DNA of 64,000 nucleotides from Macrostomum hystrix (Eukaryota > Animalia > Platyhelminthes). Below the pieces are notes generated by a model, which saw nothing but the letters and a program-made list of their open reading frames with translations, ran no database searches and was not told the DNA's origin. Both the position numbers and the translations under genes were made by a program. The stretch lies in assembly GCA_950097015.1 (NCBI GenBank), contig CATNEN010000038.1:16926001-16990000 (forward strand). Direction: 5' to 3'. Shown here piece by piece: positions 48,051-59,972 of this stretch (positions are counted from its first letter, which is position 1; each line of letters starts with the position of its first letter).

Positions 48051-48807
48051 GCTGGCGAGTGTCCAGTGGCTCGAGAAATCGTAGATGAGAAAATCAAAGG
48101 TGATGGAATCGTATATAAATAACTAAATGTTTCCGCCAGACAGAAAGAAGAGAACCAAGAAGTCAGTAGTTTTAATCTGCTAACAATATAGGCTGCATGT
48201 GCCCCAGAGCAGGAAGCAATGCTTATTGAAAAAATGATTCGGTCAAGTAGAAATCAATTTACCAACCCAAAGAATGTATATTATTTGTGTTGTAGGGGGT
48301 CAAAAAATTGCAAGCAATCGAAACAATAGTAGCGAATATTGTGCCTCTGCCAGAGAAAAAAAACATTCGCGAAACGCACGACATACTTATTGAATAGATA
48401 AAGTTTCAAAGTAGTGTAAAAAAGCAAGCGCGGAACATCAAAGATTTCAACAAGTTACTAGTAAGATTCAAGAACTCAGCTTTAAAGCGCTTTTTAGTAT
48501 GAAGTAGGAAAGCCAGTGAGCTAATACAACATCGTGGTACCAAAAACATCTACTACACTAATTGGTTACTATGCTAAATTATAGAAAATATTTTAGCCTT
48601 AAAAAATTACAAGCTTGATAATGTAGACAATAAAGCCAAATAATGTATCCAACTAGTTTAAATGTGTCAACATGAAAAACTGCTGAAAAGGATACGAAAA
48701 ATCTTTAAAAAAATAACCGATTCGCAAACCAAAGCTAAGTTTTTTTTGTTCATTGAGATACGAGCTCTAGAATTTAAGTAAAACATAACTGTACCAATTC
48801 AAAGCTG

Positions 48808-49162
48808 CCCAATAAGGAGTCAACAATAAGCAGTCGGACGAGAGGGGTAAGGAATTTTCGGGGTGGGGCAGATCTAGCCAATTAGGAGTCATCAATAAGC
48901 CGTCGGACGAGAGGGGTAAGGAATTTTTGGGGTGGGGCAGATCGAGCCAATTAGGAGTCAACAATAAGCCATCGGACGAGAGGGGTAAAGAATTTTTGGG
49001 GTGGGGCAGATCGAGCCAATTAGGAGTCAACAATAAGCCATCGGACGAGAGGGGTAAAGAATTTTTGAGGTGGGGCAGATCGAGCCAATTAGGAGTCAAC
49101 AATAAGCCATCGGACGAGAGGGGTAAAGAATTTTTGGGGTGTGGAGCTCCTGCCAATTAGGA
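48808..49162. repeat. 69-bp tandem repeat, about 5 copies
   Basis: Unit CCAATTAGGAGTCAACAATAAGCCATCGGACGAGAGGGGTAAAGAATTTTTGGGGTGGGGCAGATCGAG. Confidence 0.93.
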
Positions 49163-50020
49163 TTACTCAATGATACAAAAAGTGTCGTTAGTAATTACCT
49201 CGTTTATTACCCTGTTATAAAGTCAAACACCTAGAAAAAAACATAGCTAAGAGTGACACCAATGGAAGAAGAAAACTAAATTACTAAATACACAATTAAA
49301 AACATGCTTGGAATCAAAAGCGAAAATTGCACTAAAATAACTAGAACAGAGAAAATCAATGCAGACAACAAAGCGCGGAAAGAGGGGCTTGATTATTAAG
49401 ACACTCTTCGCTGAACACAAAATAGTGAATCAATCTAAAAACCAAATTAACAATAAGTTCTCGGAATAGAGTCCTTTTTAGAGAACGAGTTTTAATATAT
49501 AGCTTAAAAAATTCCGCTTAACAACCTACAGACTAGTCTTAGCATTCGATCGCTTCTAAATTTACTCGACGAAAAGCTGAGTGCAAAATACGGAACAGAT
49601 AAAAATAAGTTTAGTAGTGGAATTTTACTTTCCTAACTTGCATTTTGTACCGCTAAACCGAAAAACAAAATGAGAAAAAGTAGGAAGATATTATATAGTA
49701 TAATAATAAAATAAACGTATTATGGAATTATTAAGCTAGTGGTTCATGATTTAAAACAACAGAATTTTGAAAAATTGACCGCTCAGATACTAAACCGGGT
49801 TTAAATCACGGCACGCGGTCGTAATTTCACTTTCAATGATTTTGCTTACAAAAAATTTGGACCCACAATTCTTAAAGACCAATCAGAGATGATCAATTGT
49901 TGAACAATCCAATTTCAGAGTCACAGCCAGTCGCAATCTGGTGGGTCAGGTGATTTAATTTATTTATTTTACTCGGTGCCTTCTTAGATCAATTAATCCG
50001 TTAGCAGCATCAAGAGCCAA

Positions 50021-53000
50021 TCAGAACAGGCGCTTCTCGTAAGAATGCAGACTATGTACGCCTCCTTCGTACTGCGAGCTGGGCGTTCGGCGCTCGAATT
50101 TCAATTCACCGTTATAGGTCATGGAGCGAAGAGATGACAGAGACTTGGCCCCAATGTCCTGACAACTGTGCTGCAGGCCAGACACCAGATAGGGGACTAG
50201 GCGCAGTACGGAGCCTTTGTCCACTATATTGCCAGACACACCTTGGGCCACCTTCACATTGTCCGTATCGGAGAAATACCTGGGTTGATTGTTGATTATG
50301 AGAAGGCGAAATACAATTAATGTTTAAGAATACACACTATCGTCTTTACAACCTGTATTTAATAATATTAATAATTGCAGCAGGGCTGCGGGCAATGCCA
50401 CATCACTGGGTGATACTAGACCCGTATCTAGCGAGGAGGCAATTCTGCCCATTTCGCTGACTCCTGAGCATATGCTCACACAGGTGTGTACATTTGCCCT
50501 GATTTTCTCATCGTCAGGCAGTATACACTCTCACGTACCTTGGGGGTTGGTTCTCAAGAGCGTAAATTGCACGAAAAGCCCCCAAGCCTTTTCTCCGCGG
50601 CTTCGCCCCAAACGAATGTATCCTAGCCCCGGAATCGAGCTCAGGGACCTCGAGCTGAGAGAATTTAACCGCTCTGCAACTCACCCCCTCTTCAAGCCAC
50701 CTTATAGTCTTTTTTAATCTTCCTACAACAGGGTCTTCGTGAAGCCCCTCACAATGATCAGGTAGGCAACGCACCTGACCGCAGCATTCTTGCCAGTCTC
50801 CATAGCGTCCAGACTGCCCATGCCGCGGTATTTCTTAAGCCGGACACCGTCGGCAAAGAAGTACTCGCCGGGAGCCTCGGTGGTGCCAGCCAGCATGGAG
50901 CCCATCATGACGGTGGAGGCGCCCAGAGACAGCGCCTTCATGATGTGCCCGACAGACCGGATGCCGCCGTCGGCAATGACGGGCACAGCGAATCGTCTGG
51001 CGTACTCGGCCACTTTGTACACAGCCGTGGCCTGGGCCCGACCGACGGCCATGACCTCCTGGGTGATGCAGATGCTGCCGGAGCCCATGCCGACGCGCAG
51101 AGCATCAACGCCGGCGTCAATCAGGTTCTTGGCTTGGGCAGCGGTGACAACATTGCCGCCGATCACTTGCAAGTCCGGGTGCTGAGATTTCACATTGCGA
51201 ATCATGTCGATCTGGTAGATACTATTGCCCTGGGAGCTGTCCTGCATCAAGGGAGAAAATCAATGGCGAAAATTGGTAGGAAGAGAAGCCTTTGAGTGGG
51301 TACAGAAGCGTTTGAGGAGGTACAGAAGCGTTTGAGGTACAGAAGCGTTTGAGGAGGTACAGAAGCGTTTGAGGAGGTACAGACGCGTTTGAAGAGGTAC
51401 AGAAGCATTTGAGTAGGTACAGACGCGTTTGAGGAGGTACAGAAGCGTTTGAGGAGGTACAGACGCGTTTGAGGAGGTACAGAAGCGTTTGAGGAGGTAC
51501 AGACGCGTTTGAGGAGGTACAGAAGCATTTGAGTAGGTACAGACGCGTTTGAGGAGGTACAGAAGCGTTTGAGGAGGTACAGACGCGTTTGAGGAGGTAC
51601 AGAAGCGTTTGAGGAGGTAGAGAAGCGTTTGAGTAGGTAGAGAAGCGTTTGAGTAGGTAGAGAAGCGCATGAGGAGGTAGAGAAGCGTTTGAGTATGTAG
51701 AGAAGCATTTGAGTGGTCAGAGAAGCATTTGAGTGGTCAGAGAAGCGTTTGAGTCCTTAGAGAATCGTTTGAGTTGTTAAACAAGCCTTTAAGTGAAACT
51801 AGCTAGTTACTTGGCAATCATAGAATTGAGGCAGTATAGAAGTATTGCGGCAAACCAGAGTCTGATTATGCTCCGAGCAATACTCCAGCCACTCACCAAG
51901 ACGATGGCATCCACGCCTGCTTGAAGGAGGCCTTCTAGCCTGTTGTAGTCCTCGGCGTGGGTGCTGAGAGCGGCACCGACTAGCAATTGACGCCTGCACA
52001 AGGGGGTCGCATCAATTTTTATAGTAAAAAATGAATGAGAAGAAGTCCATAACAAATCATCTAAACTCACTTCTCATCCTTGCTAGATAGAGGATATTCT
52101 CGATTCTTCTTTAAATCGGTGCGAGCAATCAGGGCAACTAGATCACCGCTCTCGTTTACAATTGGCAGCTTGCCTGTGGTTTTTTAATAGCATTGAGGAT
52201 TACAAAAACTAAAACCACTTGTGCAACTAGGTTTAAATTTTCAATAGGGATATGGGAGGATAATGGATGAGCAGCTGAAAATGGGAATCTGGGAGGATAT
52301 TGGATGAGCAGCTGAAAATGGGAATCTGGGAGGATATTGGATGAGCAGCTGAAAATGGGGATCTGGGAGGATATTGGATGAACAGCTGATAATGGGGATC
52401 TGGGAGGATAATGGATGAGCAGCTGATAATGGGGATCTGGGAGGATAATGGATGAGCAGCTGATAATGGGGATCTGGGAGGATAATGGATGAACAGCTGA
52501 TAATGGGGATCTGGGAGGATAATGGATGAGCAGCTGATAATGGGGATCTGGGAGGATAATGGATGAGCAGCTGATAATGGGAATCTGGGAGGATATTGGA
52601 TGAGCAGCTGAAAATGGGGATCTGGGAGGATATTGGATGAACAGCTGATAATGGGGATCTGGGAGGATAATGGATGAGCAGCTGATAATGGGGATCTGGG
52701 AGGATAATGGATGAGCAGCTGATAATGGGGATCTGGGAGGATAATGGATGAACAGCTGATAATGGGGATCTGGGAGGATAATGGATGAGCAGCTGATAAT
52801 GGGGATCTGGGAGGATAATGGATGAGCAGCTGATAATGGGGATCTGGGAGGATAATGGATGAGCAGCTGATAATGGGGATCTGGGAGGATAATGGATGAA
52901 CAGCTGATAATGGGGATCTGGGAGGATAATGGATGAGCAGCTGATAATGGGGATCTGGGAGGATAATGGATGAACAGCTGATAATGGGGATCTGGGAGGA

Positions 53001-56000
53001 TAATGGATGAGCAGCTGATAATGGGGATCTGGGAGGATAATGGATGAGAGCTGAAAATGGGAATCTGGGAGGATATTGGATGAGCAGCTGAAAATGGGGA
53101 TCGGGAAGCATAATAGATAAGTAGCTGGATAGATAATTAGATACATAAGTAGAAATAAATAGGTAATACCACATTATCTTAGGCAAAAATGTGTAAGTAG
53201 CTGAAAATTTCATTTTCCTAGAAATAATCTGGGAAGATTTCAGCCTAAAATTACGGTTTCGGGTTTCTGAGAAAGTTCAGTCTGAAGCGCGCTTACTCAC
53301 CTTTTTTGCTCTTCTGCAGCACATCGTGAGCCTGGCTCAGTGAGACACCAGCTGTAGCGGTGATGAGCTCCGACAATGGGGTCATGACCTCTTTGATAGG
53401 CGTGTTGTACTGCGACTCGCCCAAGAAGTCAATGTCGCGAAACGTGACTAGGCCAACTAATTTGCCTCCCATTTTGCCACTGTCGGTAATGGGTATGCCG
53501 GAGAAGCCCTGGCTAGATTTGATACGAAGCACATCTGCCACAATGTTAGTTGGCGACATAACATAGGGATCAACAATAAAGCCTTGCTCGTATTTCTTTA
53601 CTTTGCGAATCTCATTAGCCTGATACTCAGCTGTACAGTTGTGATGCACAATGCCAATACCGCCAGCCAGTGCCATTGCGATGGCCATTGTACTCTCTGT
53701 CACTGTGTCCATTGGGGATGAAATCAGGGGCGTCTTCATAGTTAGCTTGCGAGTTAGCGGCGAGGTGAGGTCCACCTCGGAAGCTGGGAAGTCGATGAAG
53801 CCAGGCAGAATGATGAAGTCACTGTTTGGAGGGGATGAAAATATATGATTAGGACTTCATATATCTACAGTGAAGTTGAATTTTAATATGTTGAGTTTAA
53901 AGCTTGGCATAGAAAATAGCTTAAAATAGGCTCTAGAGAACTCTAAGTCAACTAAAGCCTGATGTTTACTGTTCATGAAATTTAATTATAATTATTGTAG
54001 TGTATTTTGATAAAATAATATTTGATTTATTGTGTATGTTTGGTTGAGCTCATGCAAACAGACAGCATTAAAGTTATTACAATAGTTAAGCATTAAAAAT
54101 ACTATTCAGGTAAACATAGCTGAATCTTAAACTCACTTTGTTTTGGGTTTGTGATATTACGTATATATTTATATATTTGTGTGATCAACTCATTTGAGAT
54201 TTTATAACAAGGGCTATCCAGTGAAGACAGATAACTAAATCTAAGCAAGGATGAGAAGCGAAACCACTTAGGCCAACAGAAACAGACAACAGAAATAGTG
54301 GCACAGAAGCGAAAGATGCTAAATGAAGTTAGGAGTTGATGGCCACTAAGGGCCACCATGGAATATTTTTAATTTCAGGGAAAGACATGAAATATAAATA
54401 AAAGCTATACTGAGTAAAATATCTGATATAAAAAACCCTAGATAATTAAAAAAAGCTTAAAATCCTATGCTTACTAATATACCTTTTTGCGTTCTAGTTG
54501 GTTATTTTTGCGATCAAGTTGGACAGACTGCTGAGGCTCAGACTGCACTAAATCGCCTGCAATCGAATGTAGGATTGACCATAGACAGCCAAGTATTTTG
54601 CACTCTAGTTGGTCTTTTTTTGCGTTCTATTTGGACAAGACTTTGCTAGGATAGAATCGGCATCAGGAACAAAAGAAAAAACTGTAATCAGGCAGGTAGA
54701 GAGGCAATGGCGACAGTTACAGTGACAATAAACAAAAATTAACATCAAACATTAACTAAGAATGACGTTAAGCATATTTAGAGTCAGGGTCAGTAAGGGT
54801 TTGCACCAATCCACGATATCCGGCTTGCTAATCACTCAAAAATGTCGGCGTAATCCAGGCACCTCTGAATATAAGTGACACTGTGATTGATCTAATCATG
54901 GCATCAGTCAGACGCTTCCTTTTTGGACCCCCTCTTGCCTGAGGCTCCGTGCATCCAAATCCATATACGCGCGGATGATGTTGCTTGCTGTTGTGCGCTT
55001 GATGCCCAGTTGCTGAGCCAATGTCCTCCAATCAGAGTCCTCCTCGTAGGCAGTGATCAGCCTCAGTCTATCAACAGGGTTAATTTTCAAATACAGGCCA
55101 CGCTCACCCATAATGACTGAAGAGACGGAGAGGATAGGAGTAGGGAAGAGATTTTTGTCCAAATAGAGCGCAAAAAAGACCAACTAGAGCACAAAAGACT
55201 TGGCTTTCTATGGTCAATCCTACATTCAATTGCAGGCGATTTAGCGCAGTCTGAGCCTCAGCAGTCTGTCCAACTTGATTGCAAAAATAACCAACTACCA
55301 ACCAACGCAATAAGGTATATTTTTCATATTGCTTCTTAGAATCCATGTTTTTGGGATGCATCAAAAATTTTTATATATTTTCTATTGTTTCAATAAAAAG
55401 CTTAGTGGTTAGAGTGTTAGACTCACAACTTACAGGGTTGGAGGTTTGATTCCTGACTCCTCTGGAACAATTTGTATCCTTTAGAAAGATGCTAAACACT
55501 CAGCTGTTAAACTCGTACTAGCATCAGCTAGGGTAATGGAGCATGGGACATCTCCCTAGTCCATTGACTGAACAGTTGCATGCAGCCTCCAGATGCACCA
55601 TGCAATAGCTATAGCTGTGCTGTTAGCTACATATCTAGTCCAATTGAAGCAAGTGCAATAATTTGTTTCAGTGTGATATTAAGCTATTTCTCATACACAA
55701 TTATAGCTAAGAAATAATAATATTTGATCTATTTGATCTAGTAAGACATTACTAACATAATTTACTGGGCCCCTAGATCATAAAATGTTAAAAAAAATTG
55801 CTTTATTACAAAAAACCAATCACTTTCATTTGAAGAAAACATTTTTGGACATTATTACAATTTCTTATTAGCTAAGTCTAGTGTCTTAACAATATAAACA
55901 GCTAACTTGTCTGCTAGCCCATAGTGTAGATTATGTAGTACATGCGAGAATTTACCTACATGCATTTTTAAAGTGGCATCCAGCGACGTGCAAATAGGTA

Positions 56001-58042
56001 TGTGGCGTGCTTTTGGTGTGCATAATTCACACTAAATAATTACACTGGCATGCCTGGCGCCTGCCTGGCATGGCAAGCTGCCAATGCATTGCTATGCAAC
56101 AAAAAATACGCCGTGACTAGGGACACGGCGGCCGTGTCTCTAACTCTGTGCCTAGGGACACGGCTGCCGTGTCCCTAGTTATCGACCACTCCGTGCCTAG
56201 AGCCACGGCGACGGCGGTTGTAATCTATATATATAAAAGTGAAAACTCTGTCTGTCTGTCTGTCTGTCTGTGTGCAACCTTTTGTCTTTATAGACGCCGA
56301 AACCGCTGAACCAAATCGCACCAAACTTTGCACATACCTTAAACCACCTACGCTGAGTGCAATAGGCTACTCAAATTCCCGAAAAATCATTTCCTTCCTG
56401 CTCAAAAGTGCAAAAAACTGCTCAAAAATCGTCGAAAAATCACTCAATTCGACATATCGTCGCCCCACTTTGTCAGATTTTCTCCAAATTTGATCCACTT
56501 ACACTTTACATGTTTTCCAACAATGCTGTCAATTTTGAACATCTCTACTCAATCCAGAGCAAAGCTGCATCATCTCAAAGTGAGTCACTTTTTGTTTTCC
56601 GAGGACAGCCACCCCAACTCCCCTCCGCCACTCTGCGGGCCAAATTTTATTACAGCCACCCCCTCCCTTCCCCGGGCGCCGAAGCCCCAGACTGTACATT
56701 GTATTTCAAGCCGTGAATGTACACAGCCCAAACCCCTAGACCAGGGGTCGGCAAACTCCGGCCCGCGGGCCAGATGCGGCCCTCGAGCCTCTAGCCGTAT
56801 AACTAGGGATACGGCCGCCGTGTCCCTATACACAGAGCTGGGGACACGGCGGCCGTGCCTAAGTCCTGAGTCACGGCCGCCGTGGCTCTAGGCACGGAGT
56901 GGTCGATAACTAGGGACACGGCAGCCGTGTCCCTAGGCACAGAGTTAGAGACACGGCCGCCGTGTCCCTAGTCACGGCGCAAAAAATATGTATTGTAATA
57001 TTTACTTTATTAAAAATCTATTGTATATAAACAGTATAAAATATGGCAGAGCTTATTCATATGGCCCCGTGCCGATAATTTTCTGCTTATCCACAGGGCA
57101 GCTTGTATGAATAGGTCTACAACTCTTTATATATGCTGTGCCATTAATTTCAATTTTATCCACACAGATCCATGCTGATAATTTTCTGTTTATCCACACG
57201 GCAGCTTGTATGAATCCTATATGTCCTAGGCCTAGGCCTGAAACGAGGCCCTTTCAGGTTTGAACATTTTGTTGAACCCTCGAGCCAATAGATCGACAAA
57301 GTTGTCAGTGTGTTACAACAGTGTTCTACATTTCAACCTACACATTCATTAACCGATATTAATGTTATCCTTTCTAATTATTGTAATAAAAACTTAAATA
57401 ATTTTATTACAATTTTTAAAAACTTTTAAAAACTCTTTAAAAAGAGTTCTTTTTATCTTTTTTAAAACTAAATCTTTTGTGATTTCACATGCAATTGTTA
57501 GCAAGGTTACATATTATTAGAAATTAACAATTAATTGAAATTTAACATGTGCATTGCTTGAAATTAAAAGAGGCACTACTGCAGGTTCTGGAAAAAACAT
57601 GTATGACCAGTTGTATATAGTACATGAAAATTGCTAGGCCTACACAGTTCCTGTAAAATATGTGCTTTAAGTTCTTAAAGTTATTGGCAAAATAAGCTGC
57701 TATGTAGATAGGCAGAGAATTATAGGCACGGATCCATGTGGATAAAATTGAAATTAGCGGCATGGGACCACGACCATGGGAATAAGCACTTCCATAAAAG
57801 ATTTAAAAGTTTTTTAATTGTTGATAAATAAATGCATGATTGAGAAATAATTTTTTATTAAGATATAATTAGCTAGCTAATTAGCAATCCATTAGCAATC
57901 GCGTAGGCAGTATTAGACACAATTACCAAAAAGTTGCTAAAACTTACTCATATGTCATGCCATCGCCTTTTTCAAAAAGCTGAGCGCCAGCCATTCCGTC
58001 TTCAGGCACGTATCCAGTAGAAGAAATCAGTCTTTCAGCCAT
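50021..58042 (-). CDS. IMPDH: Inosine-5'-monophosphate dehydrogenase
   Basis: Six phase-consistent exons: 58042-57948 ([21 protein letters not shown]), 53821-53301 ([23 protein letters not shown] domains), 52173-52071 ([23 protein letters not shown]), 51993-51897, 51241-50775 ([19 protein letters not shown] with catalytic Cys..KKYRGMGS), 50279-50021 ([26 protein letters not shown]). AATAAA on - strand near 49960. Confidence 0.97.
50505..50690 (-). mobile_element. SINE family B copy in the last IMPDH intron
   Basis: Reverse complement begins TGAGTTGCAGAGCGGTTAAA..GAGCTCGATTCC, with a body shared with the 59020 copy. Confidence 0.78.
51290..51775. repeat. 20-bp minisatellite, IMPDH intron
   Basis: Unit GAGGAGGTACAGA(A/C)GCGTTT. 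Confidence 0.95.
52247..53105. repeat. 37-bp minisatellite, IMPDH intron
   Basis: Unit GGGAGGATAATGGATGAGCAGCTGATAATGGGGATCT. Confidence 0.95.
54482..55315 (-). mobile_element. Tc1/IS630-like element, internally deleted, about 160-bp TIRs
   Basis: TIRs about 54482-54638 and 55155-55315, TA on both sides. Remnant [52 protein letters not shown] (HTH), frameshifted into [11 protein letters not shown]. Confidence 0.82.
55400..55630 (+). mobile_element. SINE family A copy (diverged)
   Basis: A-box-like GCTTAGTGGTTAG, B-box-like GGTTTGATTCC, 3' part GTCCATTGACTGAACAG..GCAGCCTCCAGATGCACC matching the 61345-61600 copy. Confidence 0.7.
56109..56979. mobile_element. MULE/foldback-like composite element with 9-bp TSD
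   Basis: Identical 102-bp TIRs (56109-56210, 56878-56979) made of GGGACACGGCnGCCGTGTCCC palindromes; perfect TSD CAAAAAATA (56100-56108, 56980-56988); interior carries a Helitron-like 5' end and a hAT-like end. Confidence 0.88.
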
Positions 58043-58417
58043 ACTACAATGGAAAAATCACAAAGAATTCTCCAGACCAGTCTGAAGACTTAGTACAGAA
58101 AGAACTAAATTAACGTCCGATACACTCAAATATCTTATTTCATTGGGCGCCGGCGGCGATGTAAAAACTAAGAAATTTGAAGAGGCATCGGGAATGCCTT
58201 TAAAATGAAAGTTAAAATCAGTTATATAAGCAAACAACTTAATAACAAATTAAATAAACAATTGATTTTAAATTGAACTTTTAAGAGTTTAGAAATGACG
58301 TAATGAATGAAGTAAGGCGAAAAAAGTTTATTTATATTATTAGCAAACTTACGCATAAATAACTATCTTACGCATGATTTAAAAAACAGCCAGCATTAAT
58401 TCCGGATTTTGAACTCC

Positions 58418-58487
58418 CATTTCGCCAGCCGCCTGTCGGCCCAATCAGTGGCGCAAATGATTGGGCCGACAGGCGGCTGGCGAAATG
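58418..58487. other. Perfect 30-bp inverted repeat with 10-nt loop upstream of the canonical IMPDH ATG
   Basis: CATTTCGCCAGCCGCCTGTCGGCCCAATCA-GTGGCGCAAA-TGATTGGGCCGACAGGCGGCTGGCGAAATG. Confidence 0.85.
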
Positions 58488-59019
58488 CAAGTGATTTTGA
58501 TCTGATTTGAAAGAACTTTCATCCTTTTATCTCTGCAGTTTTATCTCTGGTTTTATGTCTGCAGTTTTCTCTCACAATTCTTTACAGATTTTCCTGCTGA
58601 GCAAGTCATCGAGGAAGTGATCGTAAAAAATATCATACAAAAAACGGTTATATAGTAGGCGCTAAATGATCGCAGGACAATTTTTATTCATTTTTACCAC
58701 AGAGCGCCACGACATGAATTATAACATTCCTCGTCAGTAGCTATGGAAGATGTGTTCTGCAGTGATTCAAAAGTTCAAAGCATTAAAAAGGAGAAGGATC
58801 GAATATTTATGTTATGTTAAGCGAGCAAAAAAAATTGAATCCAAGAGAGGACATAAATTAAGCCTCTCCACCCGATCGGCCTAATATAACAATTTTCCGA
58901 CACATGTTGTGCGTAGAAATGTTCTTGAATGCTCAACCATGATTTATCAATGACATATTCATTTTGAAGCCTCTAAACGCGAAGCAACTCACTAGCTAGG
59001 TAAGGTATGGAGTGGTGCT

Positions 59020-59210
59020 GAGTAGTGGCAGAGCGGTTAACGTGTTTGCCTCTCGCACCAAGGTCCCCAGCTCGATTCCGCGGCGTGGCCACATTCAATT
59101 GGGGGCGCAGCCGCAGAGAGAAGGCTTGGGGGCTTGGCGTGCAATTTAAGCCCTTGAGGGCCAACCTCCAAGGCACAGTGAGAGTGTGTACTGTCTGCCC
59201 TTATCATTAA
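59020..59210 (+). mobile_element. SINE family B, best-preserved copy
   Basis: A box TGGCAGAGCGG, B-box-like GCTCGATTCC, followed by a non-tRNA body shared with four other loci. Confidence 0.8.
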
Positions 59211-59814
59211 GGTAGGGAGGTCTCCATTTTTGGAAAATTGGAGCTACAAAAAAGAGTCACATACGAGCTTCCAATGATATCACTCTTTGCGTCATTTTTT
59301 CTGTGTGACCTCGCGTACTTTTAAAATCCTGGATTCGAAGGATGGATCCTGCAGGTAGCCAGATTTTAGGCATAGATTTAGAACTTAGAATCAGCATTGT
59401 AAAAGATTTCGATGTCAAAAAGTGTGCATTTAAATGCTTTTAGCCAATTAGGGACCGCGGGACGTTTAATTTGCACGCCGTTAATGCATAGTCTATGGTC
59501 GAGACTTTGGAATTGAAAATCGTTTTACAACACTACTCAATACTTGGTTTTGAGTGCTCAAATGTCTATGGAACTCGTGCACTCGTGCCAAGACATTTAA
59601 GCACTCAAAACCAAGTATTGAATCCTATATCAAGCACAACTTAATAACTCCAGTTATTAAGTTGTTATTAAGTTGTTATTAAGTTATTAAGTTGTCCTTG
59701 TCCTATATTTAAGCACACGCAGGAAATGCAGAGCGAAACGCAGAAAAATAGGCTAAATGAGCATCATGTATACGCGTAGTAAAATGACAAAGTGAAGCCA
59801 ATGCGAATTCTTAC

Positions 59815-59972
59815 CTGGACGTCCTCCTGATTCCTTTCACCTTGAAATAGCTGCACACCCTTTCGTGCACAGACTCGAATCCGGCGGCTCCCGCAATGAC
59901 CAGCTGGCTGGATTCGCCGGAAGCGCTGCTTCCGCTAGTAGCAGAATTGCAGCGTCTCTGTGGCTGACTCAT
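59815..59972 (-). CDS. IMPDH: Candidate upstream coding exon of IMPDH (53-aa N-terminal extension)
   Basis: ATG at 59972, 52 open codons plus AG, strong donor AG|GTAAGA (phase 2). Acceptor ttgtgatttttccattgtag|T sits 1 nt before the IMPDH ATG, so the join reads ..IRRTS-S-MAERL in frame. Confidence 0.65.

Noticed and set aside
51247-53213. Long minus-strand repeat ORFs inside IMPDH
   Set aside because: IMPDH is complete and colinear without them; they are intronic satellite translations.
57049-57790. Possible degenerate MITE (AGAGCTTATTC..GAATAAGCACT) with TTATCCACA motifs
   Set aside because: The inverted similarity is weak and there is no TSD; the DnaA-box-like 9-mers have no meaning in this eukaryotic intron.
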